Shown: piece after piece, positions 43,511 to 58,494 of the stretch
Position numbering within the stretch: position 1 is the stretch's first letter
Layout of the letters: every line of letters begins with the position of its first letter
DNA from: Chrysomallon squamiferum
Lineage: Eukaryota > Animalia > Mollusca
Direction of reading: 5' to 3'
NCBI GenBank assembly: GCA_012295275.1
Contig: CM022666.1
Coordinates: forward strand, 6,758,001-6,822,000
Length of the DNA: 64,000 nucleotides
Notes under the pieces: model-generated
Database searches by the model: none
The model's input: only the letters and a program-made list of their open reading frames with translations
Told to the model about the DNA's origin: nothing
Position numbers and translations under genes: made by a program

Positions 43511-43944
43511 TTTGCTTACAACTTTTTGTACAAACTGCTGTTACTGTATATTGCAGTTATATATTTCAGTTTTTGTGCAAGGAAATATTTCAGCATTCCT
43601 CTATAATAATTACTGCATATATAATTACATTTACCATTAAACAGCCTTTGCCAGTTTATTTCCCAAATGAAAAGTATAACCTTGAAAATTACTATTATTA
43701 TATGCATGAGCATTATTATATGCACACACTGTCACCAGTCTTTGTCAATTAAATTTATTTCTTTGTATTTACCAAATGAAACCTTTGAACTAGAAAACTA
43801 CTAGATTACTGACCAAAATGCAGCTTATCTTCAAATTTTGGTTGGTAAATTTATTTGCATATATTCCCTGAATGAAATCATCAAACTACTAAACAGTATA
43901 TACATGACCATCTGCTATATTTATTTCCACTTATTTATTTTAAA

Positions 43945-44190
43945 AATGCCAGACTTTGTCAACAAAAAATAATTCTAAAACATCAGTCTTTGTCAATGAA
44001 ATTCATTTCTAAAAATCAGACTTTGCCAACCAAATTTATTTCTAAAATGCCAGACTTTGTCAACCAAATGTACTTCTTAAACACTAGACTTTGTCAACCA
44101 TATATATTTCTAAAACATCAGACTTTGCCATCAAAATGTTATTTCTGCTTTGCCAACCCCAATTTGTAAAAGCCCAGACTTTGCCAGTTT
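43945..44190. repeat. Degenerate ~32-bp tandem repeat, flanked by a duplicated segment (43810-43890 / 44245-44320)
   Basis: CAGACTTTG(T/C)CAACCAAATTTATTTCTAAAA, about 7 copies. GACCAAAATG...TATTCCCTGAATGAAATCAT occurs on both sides. Confidence 0.85.
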
Positions 44191-44918
44191 CTATGCCACT
44201 CAGTTTTATTTCTACAAAATAAAATGCAAAACTATTCTATATACATGACCAAAATGATGCTTGTCTTCAGTGCTGGAATGCTAAATTTATTTCTCTATAT
44301 TCCCTGAATGAAATCATTAGAGTAGAAAATTATTACAGACACAAGTTAAAATGTAAATGTTCTATGTCATCAGTCACTGCTAACTGAATTTACATCGCGG
44401 AGAGAAAACCCCTAAACATTTACGTTCCTGGAGAATTTCATTAACGCTATTCTTGTGGGTATGTAAAAAATCAAATGACATACAAATCTCTCCCTAGTTT
44501 CTTGAACGTTTTCCACCAGTTTTCCAGCGAACACGAAAGTGGTGCGTTCTCTACGTAAACAGAGGATGAATTTGATAAAGTGATACCGAGGACTAAACAC
44601 ATTAACAGACACACGGAGGCACCACATCAAGATTAACACAAACTGGCACAAATTATGACAATCACCACCAGCATGGACGAAGCTCGTCTCCTTTCTTTCT
44701 CATTCCTACAAAATTCTGCCAGAGATCAATACTGCTTCCAAATCGAGCAACCGTAATACTTTTTTTTTTCATTTAAAAAAACACCATCACTGCACATCTT
44801 TATTACTTCATCTTTATTAAAAAATAAAAAATAAAAAGATCCAAAAACTAATAATAATAAAACCTAGAAAAAAACATATAATCGACACTTACCAGTATCA
44901 AGACGAATACAAATTTTT

Positions 44919-44956
<38 letters not shown>

Positions 44957-45950
44957 CTATAAACCTCGAAGAAGGAATAAAAATGGCTGAAGAATGTGTC
45001 CTAGATGGCAGGAAGTGTTTGCCAGTGGAAAGCGGACAGTTGATGTGTTTATGTGCTTGGAATGGTTCCGAGATATTAAAGCAACAGTAATGTTAAATCT
45101 GACAGCACGTAGAGCTCAAGGCTGATAAGAAAACTCAATATCCAGAGGGGGAGACTGACTCTGTCTCTCTGTCTCTCTGTCTCTCTCTCAGAGGCTAGGA
45201 GGAAAAATAGCTTAATGTTTCAACTCTAATACTGACACTGATAAAGAAGGAAACGTCAGCCAGTACAGAAATTTAGAGAAAAAAAAAAAAAGAAAAAAAA
45301 AAAAAATCAAATCAAATCAAATCAGATGTAGACGAGATGAGATGAAGAAGAAGAAGAAGAAGAAGAAAAAAGTTGAGGGCTGGTGCTTTTTTTTTTTTTT
45401 TTTTTTTTTTTTTGCAGGATGGAAAAGGAAAAGAATATGGAATGGAATTCTGTAAATATTAAATTTTAATTTTTTTAATTTATTTTTTTATTATTTTTTT
45501 TTTAATTTGGTTTTTACAAATTTCTTCTTTAAAAACAGTTTTTAATTTTTATCTTTCCATTTTTGTTTCTTGGGCTTTTAATTTTATTTATTTATTTTAA
45601 ATTAATGTTCTTTACTGTTATGTATTCCTGTTATTATATTGATATTTGTTTAATATTTTCAGAAAATATAGACACCAGATAGCCATATCTGAATAAGAAA
45701 TGAATTCCATTTCTGTTTTTGAATCCTTTATCATTTTTATTTCTGAAGAATGTTTTACTCATTTAATTAGTAATTTAGAAGCTGAAAATAAAATGTTATT
45801 AAAACTGCATTTAATTATTATTATTTTATTACTATTATTATTATATTTATTATAACTATTATTATTATTATTATTATCATCATCAATATTATTACTATCA
45901 TTGTTACTCCTATAATTATTATTATTGTATTTATTATTACTATTATTATT

Positions 45951-45986
<36 letters not shown>

Positions 45987-46613
45987 TTATTACAGTTGTT
46001 GTTATTACATTTTGAATAGGGATTCATGAAGGCAATATGGTTTACAGATGAAAATAATTACAAGCAGCCATGTTGATTTTAATAAGCTCTCTACATTTTT
46101 ATCAGTAAACAGACCAAAACACAGACATTTGCTATAATCAGTTCAGGAGTACAGGAGAACATGGACTAAATATGGAAGACAATTTGGGTAATTTGGGTTA
46201 TTAGAAAGGGAGAGAGATAATAAAAACCACAACAATCAACTCGTTTTTTAAAAAATGATTTGTATTGATAAAGAATGGAACAAAAAGAAAAAGAAATGAA
46301 AAAAACAGAAGAAACAAAATACACATCAAGAAAAGCAGCAGACAAATTTTGAGAAAAAAGAACTTAAACAGCATCAAACAGACGCAATTAATAATAAAAA
46401 TAATAATAATAACAATAACAATAAATAACAATGATGATGATGATGATAATTACTGACCATAATAACTATGATAACAACTAATAATAATAATAATAATAAT
46501 AATAACAATAATGATAACAATAACTACAACAATAACATTTATAATAAATAAATAAATAAATAAACAAACAAACAAATTAAACGTATTATTTAAAGACACA
46601 AAAACTAACTTAC

Positions 46614-46745
46614 CCAGCAGAGCATGGAAGAGGTGACTTTTGAAGATCTGGATGACCCTCTCAATGGCCAGTCTGAGAGGTTTGTCCTGGGCCTTGGTCA
46701 GTCGTCCATGATAGTCTTCCAGCAACTCCAGCGCCTTGTGGGCAT
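46614..46745 (-). CDS. dlg1: Dlg exon 2, L27 domain core (132 nt, phase 1-1)
   Basis: ttcacag|AT GCC CAC AAG GCG CTG GAG TTG CTG GAA GAC TAT ... GCT CTG CTG G|gtaagt. Translates AHKALELLEDYHGRLTKAQDKPLRLAIERVIQIFKSHLFHALL, a typical Dlg L27 domain. Confidence 0.97.
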
Positions 46746-46793
46746 CTGTGAATAAAATTTATAACAAAAAAATATATAATAATAATAAATAAA

Positions 46794-46890
<97 letters not shown>

Positions 46891-48115
46891 TAACAATAGT
46901 AATAGTAAACAAATAAATAAATAAACAATGAAATAAACAAATAAAGAAAGAAAAACAAATAAATAAACTTTCTTGAATCTAAGGTTGTCAGCAACAAATG
47001 ATACACAGCTGTTAGTTGTTAATTATGATAAATATTCACCAGAAATAAAAAATACATCAAATACATTTTTTTTTTCTTCCCCCAAACTGTATCAGATATG
47101 ATTCATGCTTATAATTCTAAATATTTCTGAAAATGTATTCCAGTGCATTCTCCCCTCAGACCAACAAAAAAATACACATACATGTTTTATGCACAATTTC
47201 TGCTCCAAATACCATTAGTTCTGTGATCCAGAGGCAAAAAATAAAAAAAAAAAAAAAAAAAATTAAATAAACCAACATACACATACCTAAACATTTAAAA
47301 ATAAATAAAAAAGAAGAAATTTATAAAAAAAAAAAAATAAATTAAAAAAAAAGGATGTAAAAAGAAACAAAAAAGTTAAAAAGAAAAAGTAATAAATTAA
47401 CATTGACATCGGTGCCAAAACTTGTAAAATTTTATTTTTAATTAAAACAAAAATGAAGGAATAGTCCTGATTAGTGAATTATTTTTTTTTTTTATATTTT
47501 TAATGGTTTGCTGGTTGTGGTAGTTGTTGCTGGCTGCTGCTGCTGTTGTTTTTATTTTATTTATTTATTATTTTTTAATTTAATTTTATTTTATTTTTAA
47601 TTTTTATTGGTTGTGGTATTGTTGCTGTTGCTGCTGCTTTTATTTTATTTATTCATTTTTTTAAAAAAAGAAATTATGTTCCATGATGTTCTTTTTCTCC
47701 TTCTTCTTCATCTTCTTTATTTATTTCATTATCTAATTCAGTTTCAAAATTTATTTATATCAATTCTCATTTTCATTACACTATTTTCATTTTATTCATT
47801 TTATTTCTTTATTATTTTTTCATTAGCAAAAGGTGTGACATACCAGTCAGTAATAAATAATGATATTGGTTTTTCTTGATCTGGTATTTTATTATTACAC
47901 CATGAAATAACAAAATGGTGTATTCAGGGGTTATTATAAAGCATTTATGTGCTGGTCTGGCTTATTTTAACATGCAATAAGAAATATGAATCAATATCAA
48001 CTTACTATTTCAATGATATATAAAGTTCTAGGATTTAAAAATAACAAAATAAATAAATAAATAAAATAAATAAAATAAATAAATAAATAAAAACCAAACA
48101 AACCAACAAACCAAC

Positions 48116-48193
<78 letters not shown>

Positions 48194-48196
48194 TAT

Positions 48197-48237
<41 letters not shown>

Positions 48238-48829
48238 AAAGAAAAGAAAATAGAAAACAAATTTTTATATCAATTCACAATCAATTAAAGTTTAATTTTA
48301 ATATCAATATATTTAAATAAATTTATGACATTTTTAATTAATTGTGTTCTGTTCTCACCTGCAATATAATTTAAAGCTGCTGGATTCAAATTTAGGAAAA
48401 ACATTTTTAAAATTTTGGGTAAAAAATCAGTTATATAAATGAATTTAAATAAATCTACGGAGTTGTAATTACATATTTACACATTTAAATCTCATATAAA
48501 AAGGAGCATTTGTTATCAAAAACAAACACAAGGGCAGATTACCCTTTAGATAAGGAAGGGGGTTTCTGAAACAATATGTTAACAAAATATGATTTATATC
48601 TATACAAATTTTATGAATCATGTAGAGTATTTTTTATTTATTTATTTATTTATTTATTTAGCTGGGGCTGGGAAGGTTCTGTGAAACTGATACATTTGTA
48701 CAGATATATATATATATATTTTTTTTAATTTACATATTTATTTATATAGATGAATGCAGACAGATAATTTTCATGAACATGTATAAATAAACACACTTAC
48801 CTTAATATAATGATGTATATATGCACATG

Positions 48830-48860
<31 letters not shown>

Positions 48861-49623
48861 ACAGAGAAAATGATATCCACAAAAATAAACCAAAAAAAAA
48901 AACATACATAGAAAGCCAGATATGGAGACAGAAAACTATTTACTGAAATAATTAAAGGTTATTTTTTTTTTTTTTTTTTTTTTTTTTTTCAAAAAAACTG
49001 ATATATTTTGAGTTTTTTTTTTTTTTTTTTTTTTTTTTGTAGTGGTGGTTTCAAATCTACAATTTCAATACATCAAAAGGTCTCTGATGTAAACACCTGC
49101 AGTCAAGTAATTAATAGAATACAAAAATATATTAAACAGAAGTGGAAAAAAATCTCACATAACACTGCCTCCATGGGAACATAATGATATATAATAAATA
49201 GTTGTTATTTTTGAAAACTCTGGGCTAGCCTGCAGCGTTTTGTGAAAATGAGATGTGACTGATCCTGTGAGATAAAAGCTTTTTTCTTTTTAATAGAAAA
49301 CGTAATGAACAGAAAAACAGACAAGACAGACAGACAGATATCTATCCAATACCTGTTGGATTCTGGAATTTTTTTTTTTTTATTTTATACTCAGTACTGT
49401 TATATTTTTTCATCTTCTTCTGCTTTTTTTTTTTTTTTTTTATGCATGTGTTTTTATTTATTTATTTATTATTATTATATATATATATATATAGTTGTGC
49501 AATTAATTTTAAAAGTTAACTGTTTCTTATTAATATTAAAAATTTAACAAACAGAAAATACCATAATCAACTAGTCCATAATGCTACAATTAAATGCAAA
49601 CTTTCAACATAAATTAACATGTA

Positions 49624-50060
49624 TTAAGCACTGGCTATAATTATATCTTTTTTTACAGCACCTAATTTAATAGTTACGAGTGTGATACTGAAATTAAGGC
49701 AGAATTTCACTTATAAAATATTTGGCATTAGCTACTTTTCAGAAATAATGGCTAAGAGTATCATTCTAAAACTGTCCACATTAGCCAGAATATTCTGAAC
49801 ATTTTGTTACAAAATGTTGACATTAGCTACGAGCATATCTGGTTTATAGCTCAGAAATAGAGACCAGGATTAGCCTGAATATCTGTTCTCATGATACTGA
49901 AATAATTGCTGGACTTATTGTTACTTAATAGTCAGTGCTAGGTAGAATATTATCATGTTTATGATAGAGAAATAATGGCTAGGATTATTAACTCTGGATT
50001 TCTTCTGCTGGTTGAAGTTGATAATGTTGCCAATATTTGTGCTTGTTTTTTCATTATTCA
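49624..50060 (-). repeat. Dispersed repeat copy B (inverted copy of 35576-36016)
   Basis: TTAAGCACTGGCTATAATTATATC ... GATAGAGAAATAATGGCTAGGATTATTAACTCTGGATTT; collinear reverse complement with scattered substitutions. Confidence 0.92.
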
Positions 50061-51463
50061 GCTGTCTGTCTGTCACTGTTTACTAATAGAACTGCTTCAT
50101 TTATGCCACTGTTGAAAATACAATAAATAATAAATGGTTTTTTCATGATGGCAACCTAATTTTCATGCATAATTAATCTGGCAGTTAATTTATTCAACTT
50201 GAGGGTTATATATTATTGAAAACTGACAGAAACAATAATAACAATAGCAGCAGCAGCTGTAGTAATAATAGCAGTAAAAGTAGTAGTAGTAGTAGTAGTA
50301 GAAGTAACAGTAATAACAGTAGTAGTAGTAATATGACAGTAATAGTAATAACAATAGCAGTAGTAAGAGTAATAGTAGTAGTAGTAGTAGTAGTAATAAC
50401 AGTAGCAGTAGTAGGAAGAAAATGAATAATAATAACTGCAGTAGTAGTAGGAGTAGCAGCAACAGCAGCCGTAGTAGTAGTAGTAGTAGTAGTAGTAGTT
50501 TTATACTTGATAAATAATATTGTTAGATATTTGATCAAAAGATTCTTACGCACGTAATACTTTGTTCAGCAATTATTATTAATAATAACAACAACAGTAA
50601 TTATAATAATTATAATAAATATATTAAGACAAAGAAATAACAACAACAAGAAATACAATATTTTTATTTTTTTTTAAATACTGTGTTATTAAAATTAGTT
50701 ATAATGACAACAACAATAATAAGAATAGGATGAAGATGAAGATGAATACAATGTTCAAACAATCAGCATGATGTAATACTTTGTTGAACAATTTGAAACG
50801 TTTACTGTTTGATGAAATACTTTGTTTCACAATTTCAGACAGTATGAAATACATCAGTCAACTATACGAAATAATAGCCAGAAACACATAAATTTAACAT
50901 CAGCTTTTAAAAGCAAAACATTGTTTTTCCTCAAGGCAAATTTTTTGTTTTGTTTTGTTTGTTTTTCTGTTTTTCTGCTTCTTCATTTTTTTTTTTTTTT
51001 TTTTTGTTTTGTTTGGGGCTTTTTGGATTGTTATTTTTTCCCAAACTGAAATCCTGAAAATCAAATTATCTTTTGTTACAGCTGAAAACACAAACAAAAC
51101 ATTGAAGTTTTATTTTTTTTTGAAAGTTTTTTTTAGTTATAAACTCATTATATTTTACAAAACAAAAGTATAATATTAACAATCCAATCTTTCTCTTACA
51201 CATACACATTTACTAAGACCTATAATATAGAATACATATGTACGTATATACATACTTGCACATTTATGTACATATTTTAGAAGACTCAAAATGCATGCAT
51301 AAGTTATATAAAATGTATGTATCCACACATGACAGAAACACACACACAAATACACATATACACACACAATTTCTCTATCATGTAAAAAAAACACACACTA
51401 TTATGTTTCTCTTTTAACCCTTTTTCAGTTTATTTAGAAAATTCGTTCACTATTCTGTGTCCG

Positions 51464-51496
<33 letters not shown>

Positions 51497-53446
51497 GAAA
51501 TAGTCTCAGTCACAGACAAAATACACAAATAAGATTTGCTTTCAAACACTCAACAGTACATGAAACAGACCAATAATTTCCATACTGTCGCGTTCGTTTT
51601 CATTCTGTGACATTTTGTAAATGGTGTTATGTTGGCACTATAGCTAGTGGCTTATTTCCAATTAGTATTTCCCCAGTAAGTCACACTTAGTCAACAGTGT
51701 GTACGATGCAATGCTTGCAAATAGCCTGGATGCAATGTTTATACTCAGAACTTTGCTAATAATAAAGTAATAAAAAAAAAAGGACTGGTAACAGACAGAC
51801 ATTATATACATTGTCATATTAACAAATAGCTAAATATTTTTGTTAGTAAAGACTATTCTTTACTACTAATAAAGTTTGGCTGTAATACAATATGCCCGTG
51901 AAAAATCAAGTGCATAATAAAATTGTTTTTGTGTGTGTGTGTGTGTGTATGTGTGTGTGTGTCCGAGTTTATTTACAAATGTGCACAAAAAACAAAAACT
52001 TTGCTAATAACAAAGTATAAAAGAAACACAGTATGCCCAGGAAAAAGCATTATGTACCCTGACTTATGTGTATTTTTTTTTTGGGGGGGGTTTATCAGTA
52101 GTAATCTTACTTTATTTTTAGTCAAGACTGTCTTCACTCCATTTGTTATTAGAGTAACATTACTTCTCTTAAAAAAAAATAAACTACACACACACACAGA
52201 CCAAATTTAGCTAATAATAAATTATATCTCAATAACCAAACATGTCCATGACAAAACAAAGTATACTGTGAAATACTTATTAACTTTAGTTAAACCAATC
52301 TTTGCTAATAACGAAGTTTAACAATAATGCAACATGCCTCTATATAAACTGAAGAATGTTCCCTTTTTCTTTCTTTTTTCTCAACAATAGAAATTGTTGA
52401 ATAACAGCTTTTTTAAAATTAGTGGGTTAGTACAACTCAATTACTCTTATTATCTAATATATGCAAGATGGCAAAATGATTTATTTCATACATTACATTA
52501 GCATCTGAGCTTTGAAAATGTTAATTAAAATATGATACCTTTGTTCAGAAATAGAAGGTTTTTTCTGATTAACAACAATACATATTAATGAATCATGTAT
52601 TGAAGGACCTGAAAGCATGTTTCAGAAATCTGATGCAGCTAGTGCAGAAAAATAAATATCTTAGTAAATTCATACTTTGTCTTTGTGTATTTATCTGTAC
52701 AATAGTACTGGTAGTACTAGTAGCAGTGGTAATAGCATTGAACAGTAGTCATACTAGTAGCAATAGTAGTACTATTAGTCATGGTATTAGTAGTAATAGT
52801 GATAATAGTAATATTAATTAACGGTAGTAGCTGTGGAGTAACAGCAGTAGTAATAGTAGTAGTGTTAGCAGCAGTTGTGGTAGTAGAATTACTAAGTATT
52901 TCACAGTATACAAAGAACAGTGTCTGTTATATGGTATCAGCAACTGCACTTAGAACATTTTAATTAGAATATGATACTTTTGTTCATAAATAGAATCTTT
53001 TTTTCAGATTACCAACAATACATTTTAAACGTTGTTGAGTTAGAATTTATTATAAGCAAATATTGGTTTGATTTTTTAAAAAACAAAACCTAAAGTAAAA
53101 AAAACATTTATAATTTAGTAGTTATTAGTGACAGTAGTAGTACAAATAGTAATAACAGTAGAAGTAGCAATAGTAGTAATAATGATGACAATGTTGGTGG
53201 TAGTTTTTAAACTAATTTATTCAAAGACTGTGGGGTGTGCTGTCTTGTTTTCCTGCTTAGGTTTATATAAAACATGTTTTCTTTCTTATGTATATTTATA
53301 ATAAATGTCTAATAGTCATACTTAAATACCCAAGTTGAAAATTGCTATAATTCATTTCCTACATGTTTAATATTTTATAAAATGTAGAAATATACTCAGA
53401 ATATAATTCTTAAAAACACACACACACACCAAGTAGCATATTCTAC

Positions 53447-53492
<46 letters not shown>

Positions 53493-53630
53493 CATATACA
53501 AACTTACACATTTGAAACACTTAAACATACACAAATTTTACACAACACAGTATATTCACACACACTCACATACACACTAATTTTACAAAACACAGTATAT
53601 TCACACACACTCACATACACACTAAATAAA

Positions 53631-53885
53631 CAAAAACACACTAATACACACATTATACATAAAACACAATACACACACACACTCAAAAACACAAAGTAAA
53701 CAAAAACACACTAATACACACATTATACATAAAACACAATACACACACACACTCTAAAACACAAAGTAAACAAAAACACACTAATACACACATTATACAT
53801 AAAACACAATACACACACACACACTCTAAAACACAAAGTAAACAAAAACACACTAATACACACATTATACATGAAAAACAATACT
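53631..53885. repeat. 70-bp CA-rich minisatellite, about 3.5 units
   Basis: CAAAAACACACTAATACACACATTATACATAAAACACAATACACACACACACTC(A/T)AAAACACAAAGTAAA at 53631, 53701 and 53771. Confidence 0.92.
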
Positions 53886-56679
53886 TACACAGACACACAC
53901 ACACACACACACACATTATGATACCTGACAATAACAAGAGTTCAAAACTATATTAATCTTTCACCAGGATACTTTTAAAGATAACATTTTCAGTCATTTC
54001 CTGGAGTAAATACAACAGAGCCAGTTTAAAAACTTATCTACAATTTGAGTGGAGTTTTGGGGCACTTTTTTTTATGATAAACTATGAAGAAGTCTTTAAT
54101 CTGTGTTTCTGTGATAAGAATGTAGAGATGTCTCTTACCAGGATAAGAAGTTGGTAAGTCTGAACCTTCTGCACAACATCGTTGCTGTTGTCACTGTTTA
54201 ATTCATTCAACAATAAGTGATATTGCTCACAATGTCCATTTTTCTTCAAAATTTTATTATCCATGTATCTTATCGTGTATTGCCCTATACTGCAAAACAA
54301 CTGCCTTTGTCTTTTAAAATAATTTTAGAAAGTTTTGAAGAGTTTGATGAACCTACCTAAATTGTAAATATGTTTAAGGTGAATTTTACAGATTGCCACT
54401 ATATTAGAATAATATTTTATACACAAATTTTTAAAAAAAAAAAACTGGTTTGTTAGAAACAGTAAATCTGTTTTTATTTATTTTATTTTATTTTATTTTA
54501 TGTACTTATTTTATTTTATTTTATTTTATTTTATTTTATTTTATTTTATTTTATTTTATTTTATTTTATTTTATTTTATTTTATTTTATTTTATGTATTT
54601 ATTTTATTTATTTTTCCATTTCTATTTTCTATTAAAAGAAACTGACATTTGCATAAACACTTCTACTTTATTACTGGCAAAGTCTCGTGAACTGCAACAA
54701 ACAAAACAACAATTAAGAAACCTTTAAGAAATTATTTTAATTACTGTTCATTACCAATAAAAGAATTATTTTGAAATAAATATATAAATATATATAAAGA
54801 CTTTTTTTTTTTGTGAAAAAATTTGTCAGTCTCTCTCTCTCTAAAAAACATTAAATGTTACGCAAGCAAAGCAACAGTATTCTGAATATGCTTATAAATA
54901 TTTAACAATTTAGTAACTAATTAGTAATTATTGTTTAACTGATAATTATTATATTATTATTTTCTGATTTATACAGTCTGCTAGTAAAATAAAACTGAAG
55001 AAATAAAACAAATATTTTAAGATAAAAAATTGTTTTTACGATAACCAGATTAGATTACTTAGCACTGACTTTAATTTTGAGTTGTTTAAAGTTTTCTGTT
55101 TGTCAATACCATCTGTTTCAGAGATTTTTTTTTTTTTTTTTAATCTCTGTGTGTTTCAAAAAAATTAAAAATAACAAAGAACATGTATGTATACTGACAA
55201 AGTGATTAAATTTTCAGTCAAGTTTGGTAGATTTATGCATTAATACTCAATACTGTGCATCAACATGAAATAACTAGTATTAAATAATGAGCAAATATAA
55301 AATGATGCTTGAATATTTTTGATATTTATGTTCACCATATGTCAGCTGCAAGAATTTTTACTAACAAAAAGGCTTGAATATTTTTTACTTATGTCAGTTA
55401 TAAAGGTTTTTATTTTGTTTTATTTTTATTTTTAAAAAACAAGGTATCGTAATAAGAACAAAAAACCATTTACTACCACTCCTGTGGTGATAACCTTACA
55501 AGAAATATATCTGAATATATTATACATATACCTTTTCATATTTAAAATTGCAACTCATTTAGGAAATGTGTAACAGAGATGCTGCCATTCAAAAAAAAAC
55601 AAGTTAAAAATATTTTATGATTAAATGTGCATTGCTATGTTATGGAAACAACAAGCCTTAATTTAAATAATATGCCAGTCATGGAGCACTGACAGGATTG
55701 GAAAAAACTATGTGAAAATACATAATGAGGACTGATCCTGCATTCTTCAAAGTAAACAACACTGTTCCTAAGTTGTAAATTATTTCTAATGAGTATCACA
55801 CAATTTCATGACATCAAAAAGTCTTATTTTAAAAAATTTGAAAATAATAAATGGTTTTGTTTTTTTCAGTGGACTTTCATAAAGCACAGTTGAGAATAAC
55901 TAACATGGTAACACAATGTTGACAGAATTGGGCCCTTGGTGACTGTTAAATAATTCACCATTCCATTACAATTCAAAAAGCTGAATCAAATAAAATATTG
56001 TTTTCAAAACAATTTGATTTTTAATCTGCCCTGACATCTTGAATCATATTACTACAAAGAACAATTTTATCTTATTATTTTTTTTCATTTTACCAGTTTA
56101 ATTTTCAATCTTGTAGCAATGAAGTTAAACAGTTATTAGATTTTAACAATGATAATGAGAATATTTTATTAATGTGAATGAAATAACCATGTAAATTTTA
56201 AATTCTGAGATTATTATTTGGCATGAAAAAAAAAACACAATTCTTTTTTTAATTATTTTTCTGAGGGCATTGTGTCCATCCATCTCCTGCCTTTCTCTTT
56301 CTCTTCTTCTGAGATAAACATGTATGTGTGTTTGTTTGTATGTATGTATGTGTGTATGTACATGTATGTACGTGTATTTGTGTGTATGTCTATTTATGTG
56401 TGTATGTGTATATCTATGTTTGTATATATCTGTTTTTATATATCTGTAAGTGTTAGTGTTACAAAAAGCTCAGGTTTAAATCTGTGTTTTGATTTATTCT
56501 AACTACACTTATTTTTCACACTCCAGATAAAACTGTTCAAGTATCACCCGCCCTTCACTTAATACTGAATAACATGTTAATATTAATTTGATAAACTCAA
56601 ACATCAGAAACAGATGTGTGTTTCAGTAACAGACTGCCTAACCAGACATTTACATACACATATATATATATATATATTT

Positions 56680-56753
56680 ACACACACACACATTAAATCT
56701 GTACATTTCTGTAGATATGTACACAAATGCACAGATTTAATGTGTGTGTGTGT
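56680..56753. repeat. 74-bp near-perfect palindrome
   Basis: ACACACACACACATTAAATCTGTACATTTCTGTAGAT|ATGTACACAAATGCACAGATTTAATGTGTGTGTGTGT; centre 56716/56717, three mismatched pairs. Confidence 0.9.
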
Positions 56754-56836
56754 GAAGAACTTCTTTATTAATATGAACTGGACCAGAAACAAAACATATG
56801 ATGCATATACACAAAAATATGTGCATAGATGCATAT

Positions 56837-56879
<43 letters not shown>

Positions 56880-58320
56880 TACATATATATATATATATAG
56901 ACACACACATATGTACAAACATATATATATGCCCACCATCCCTTACAGCTTACAATGAGTTCACCTGCCATTTGTCAGCAACAGCAGCAATATCCAACAC
57001 CTGTTTATTTAGTGAACTTCGTTTGGTATAATAAATTAAACAGACTCTTTGATTTTATTTAATTGCTAGTAAAATAAACTTGTTGATAGTTAATGCATTT
57101 GATGCAATTATTTAAAGGAGTAATTTTGACAAACAAGTAATTTAAGCATTGTTCATAGTACCTGTAGCCTGAAAATTTTCTGTACCATCACTTCACTTAA
57201 CTTGTACCAGTTACCCCGATTCCCACCATCCCTTTCAAAGATGCTGGGGAGATCACTGATTAAATACATACATACATACATACATACATACATACATACA
57301 CAAACATGTATAAATAAATATCTATGTACATATATATATATATACATACATTTTATAAAAATTCAGACAATGACACACACAGACTCACAGACACAGACTT
57401 TCATGTATATATGGGTATTAAAACAGGTTAATTATTTTATGCTGACAATCTTACTTAATCAGTCTTACTTGTAATAAGCATATGCATATAATTTGATATA
57501 TATACATTGCATTTCACGATTAGTCACTAATCTGCTTAGAAATTATAATACAGATTACTTTCTTTTTTCTTTTTTTAAATCCAAGTCTTTTAAAATGAAA
57601 ATGAATGCCTAACAAAAAGTTATTTCATATCAGTTATTAATTTATCAATAACAAATATCTAATAAATGTCATGAAATATCTAAGAAACATACTTCAGTGA
57701 ATCAAAATATATGTATATATATATATTTTTTTTTTTATTACAAGCTGTCAAGAATAATTAATGTGATGATAAAAAAAATATGATGTGCATTTAGTATATA
57801 TACTTGGTTAATTAAATAATTTAGAATTTTTTTTTTTTTAAAGTATTAGTAATCATTCATCATTAAATATAAACTGCTTAAAAACATTAATAAAAAAAAT
57901 AATAATAATAATAAATAAAAATATATAAAATAAAATAAAAATAATGGGTTTTTTAAATATTATTATTTACTTTATTTCATTATAGTTTTAACTATTTTAT
58001 TTTATTTTATTATATTTTACTTTATTTTACTTAATGTTAATCAATATTAATTACACTCTAGAAATCAAAATATCATATCTTCAATGGAAAGTATTGAAAA
58101 TATTCTAATCTTTATGTTTCTCTTCAGTTTTATATTATCAGTATTATAATGAACACTTATACAATTTAGATAAATCATGCAAAAAAAAAGTATTTAACGA
58201 AAACAACAAATTAATGGAAAAAAACTACTTCCTATAAAAAAATAACAAACCTAACAGCTTCTACAAGTTTGATTTTATTACTCATATGGCTTGGATGACC
58301 ACCCCTACATGAAATAACGT

Positions 58321-58356
<36 letters not shown>

Positions 58357-58438
58357 AAATGGATAGAAAAATAGTAAAAGAATTTTCTAAATAGACTGAA
58401 AAAGGGAAAAAAATGTGTTTTTATTTATATGACAGAGA

Positions 58439-58494
<56 letters not shown>

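Noticed and set aside
48795-48830. Strong minus-strand donor AAG|GTAAGT
   Set aside because: No pyrimidine tract or acceptor upstream, and the phase-1 frame has a TAA; likely chance.
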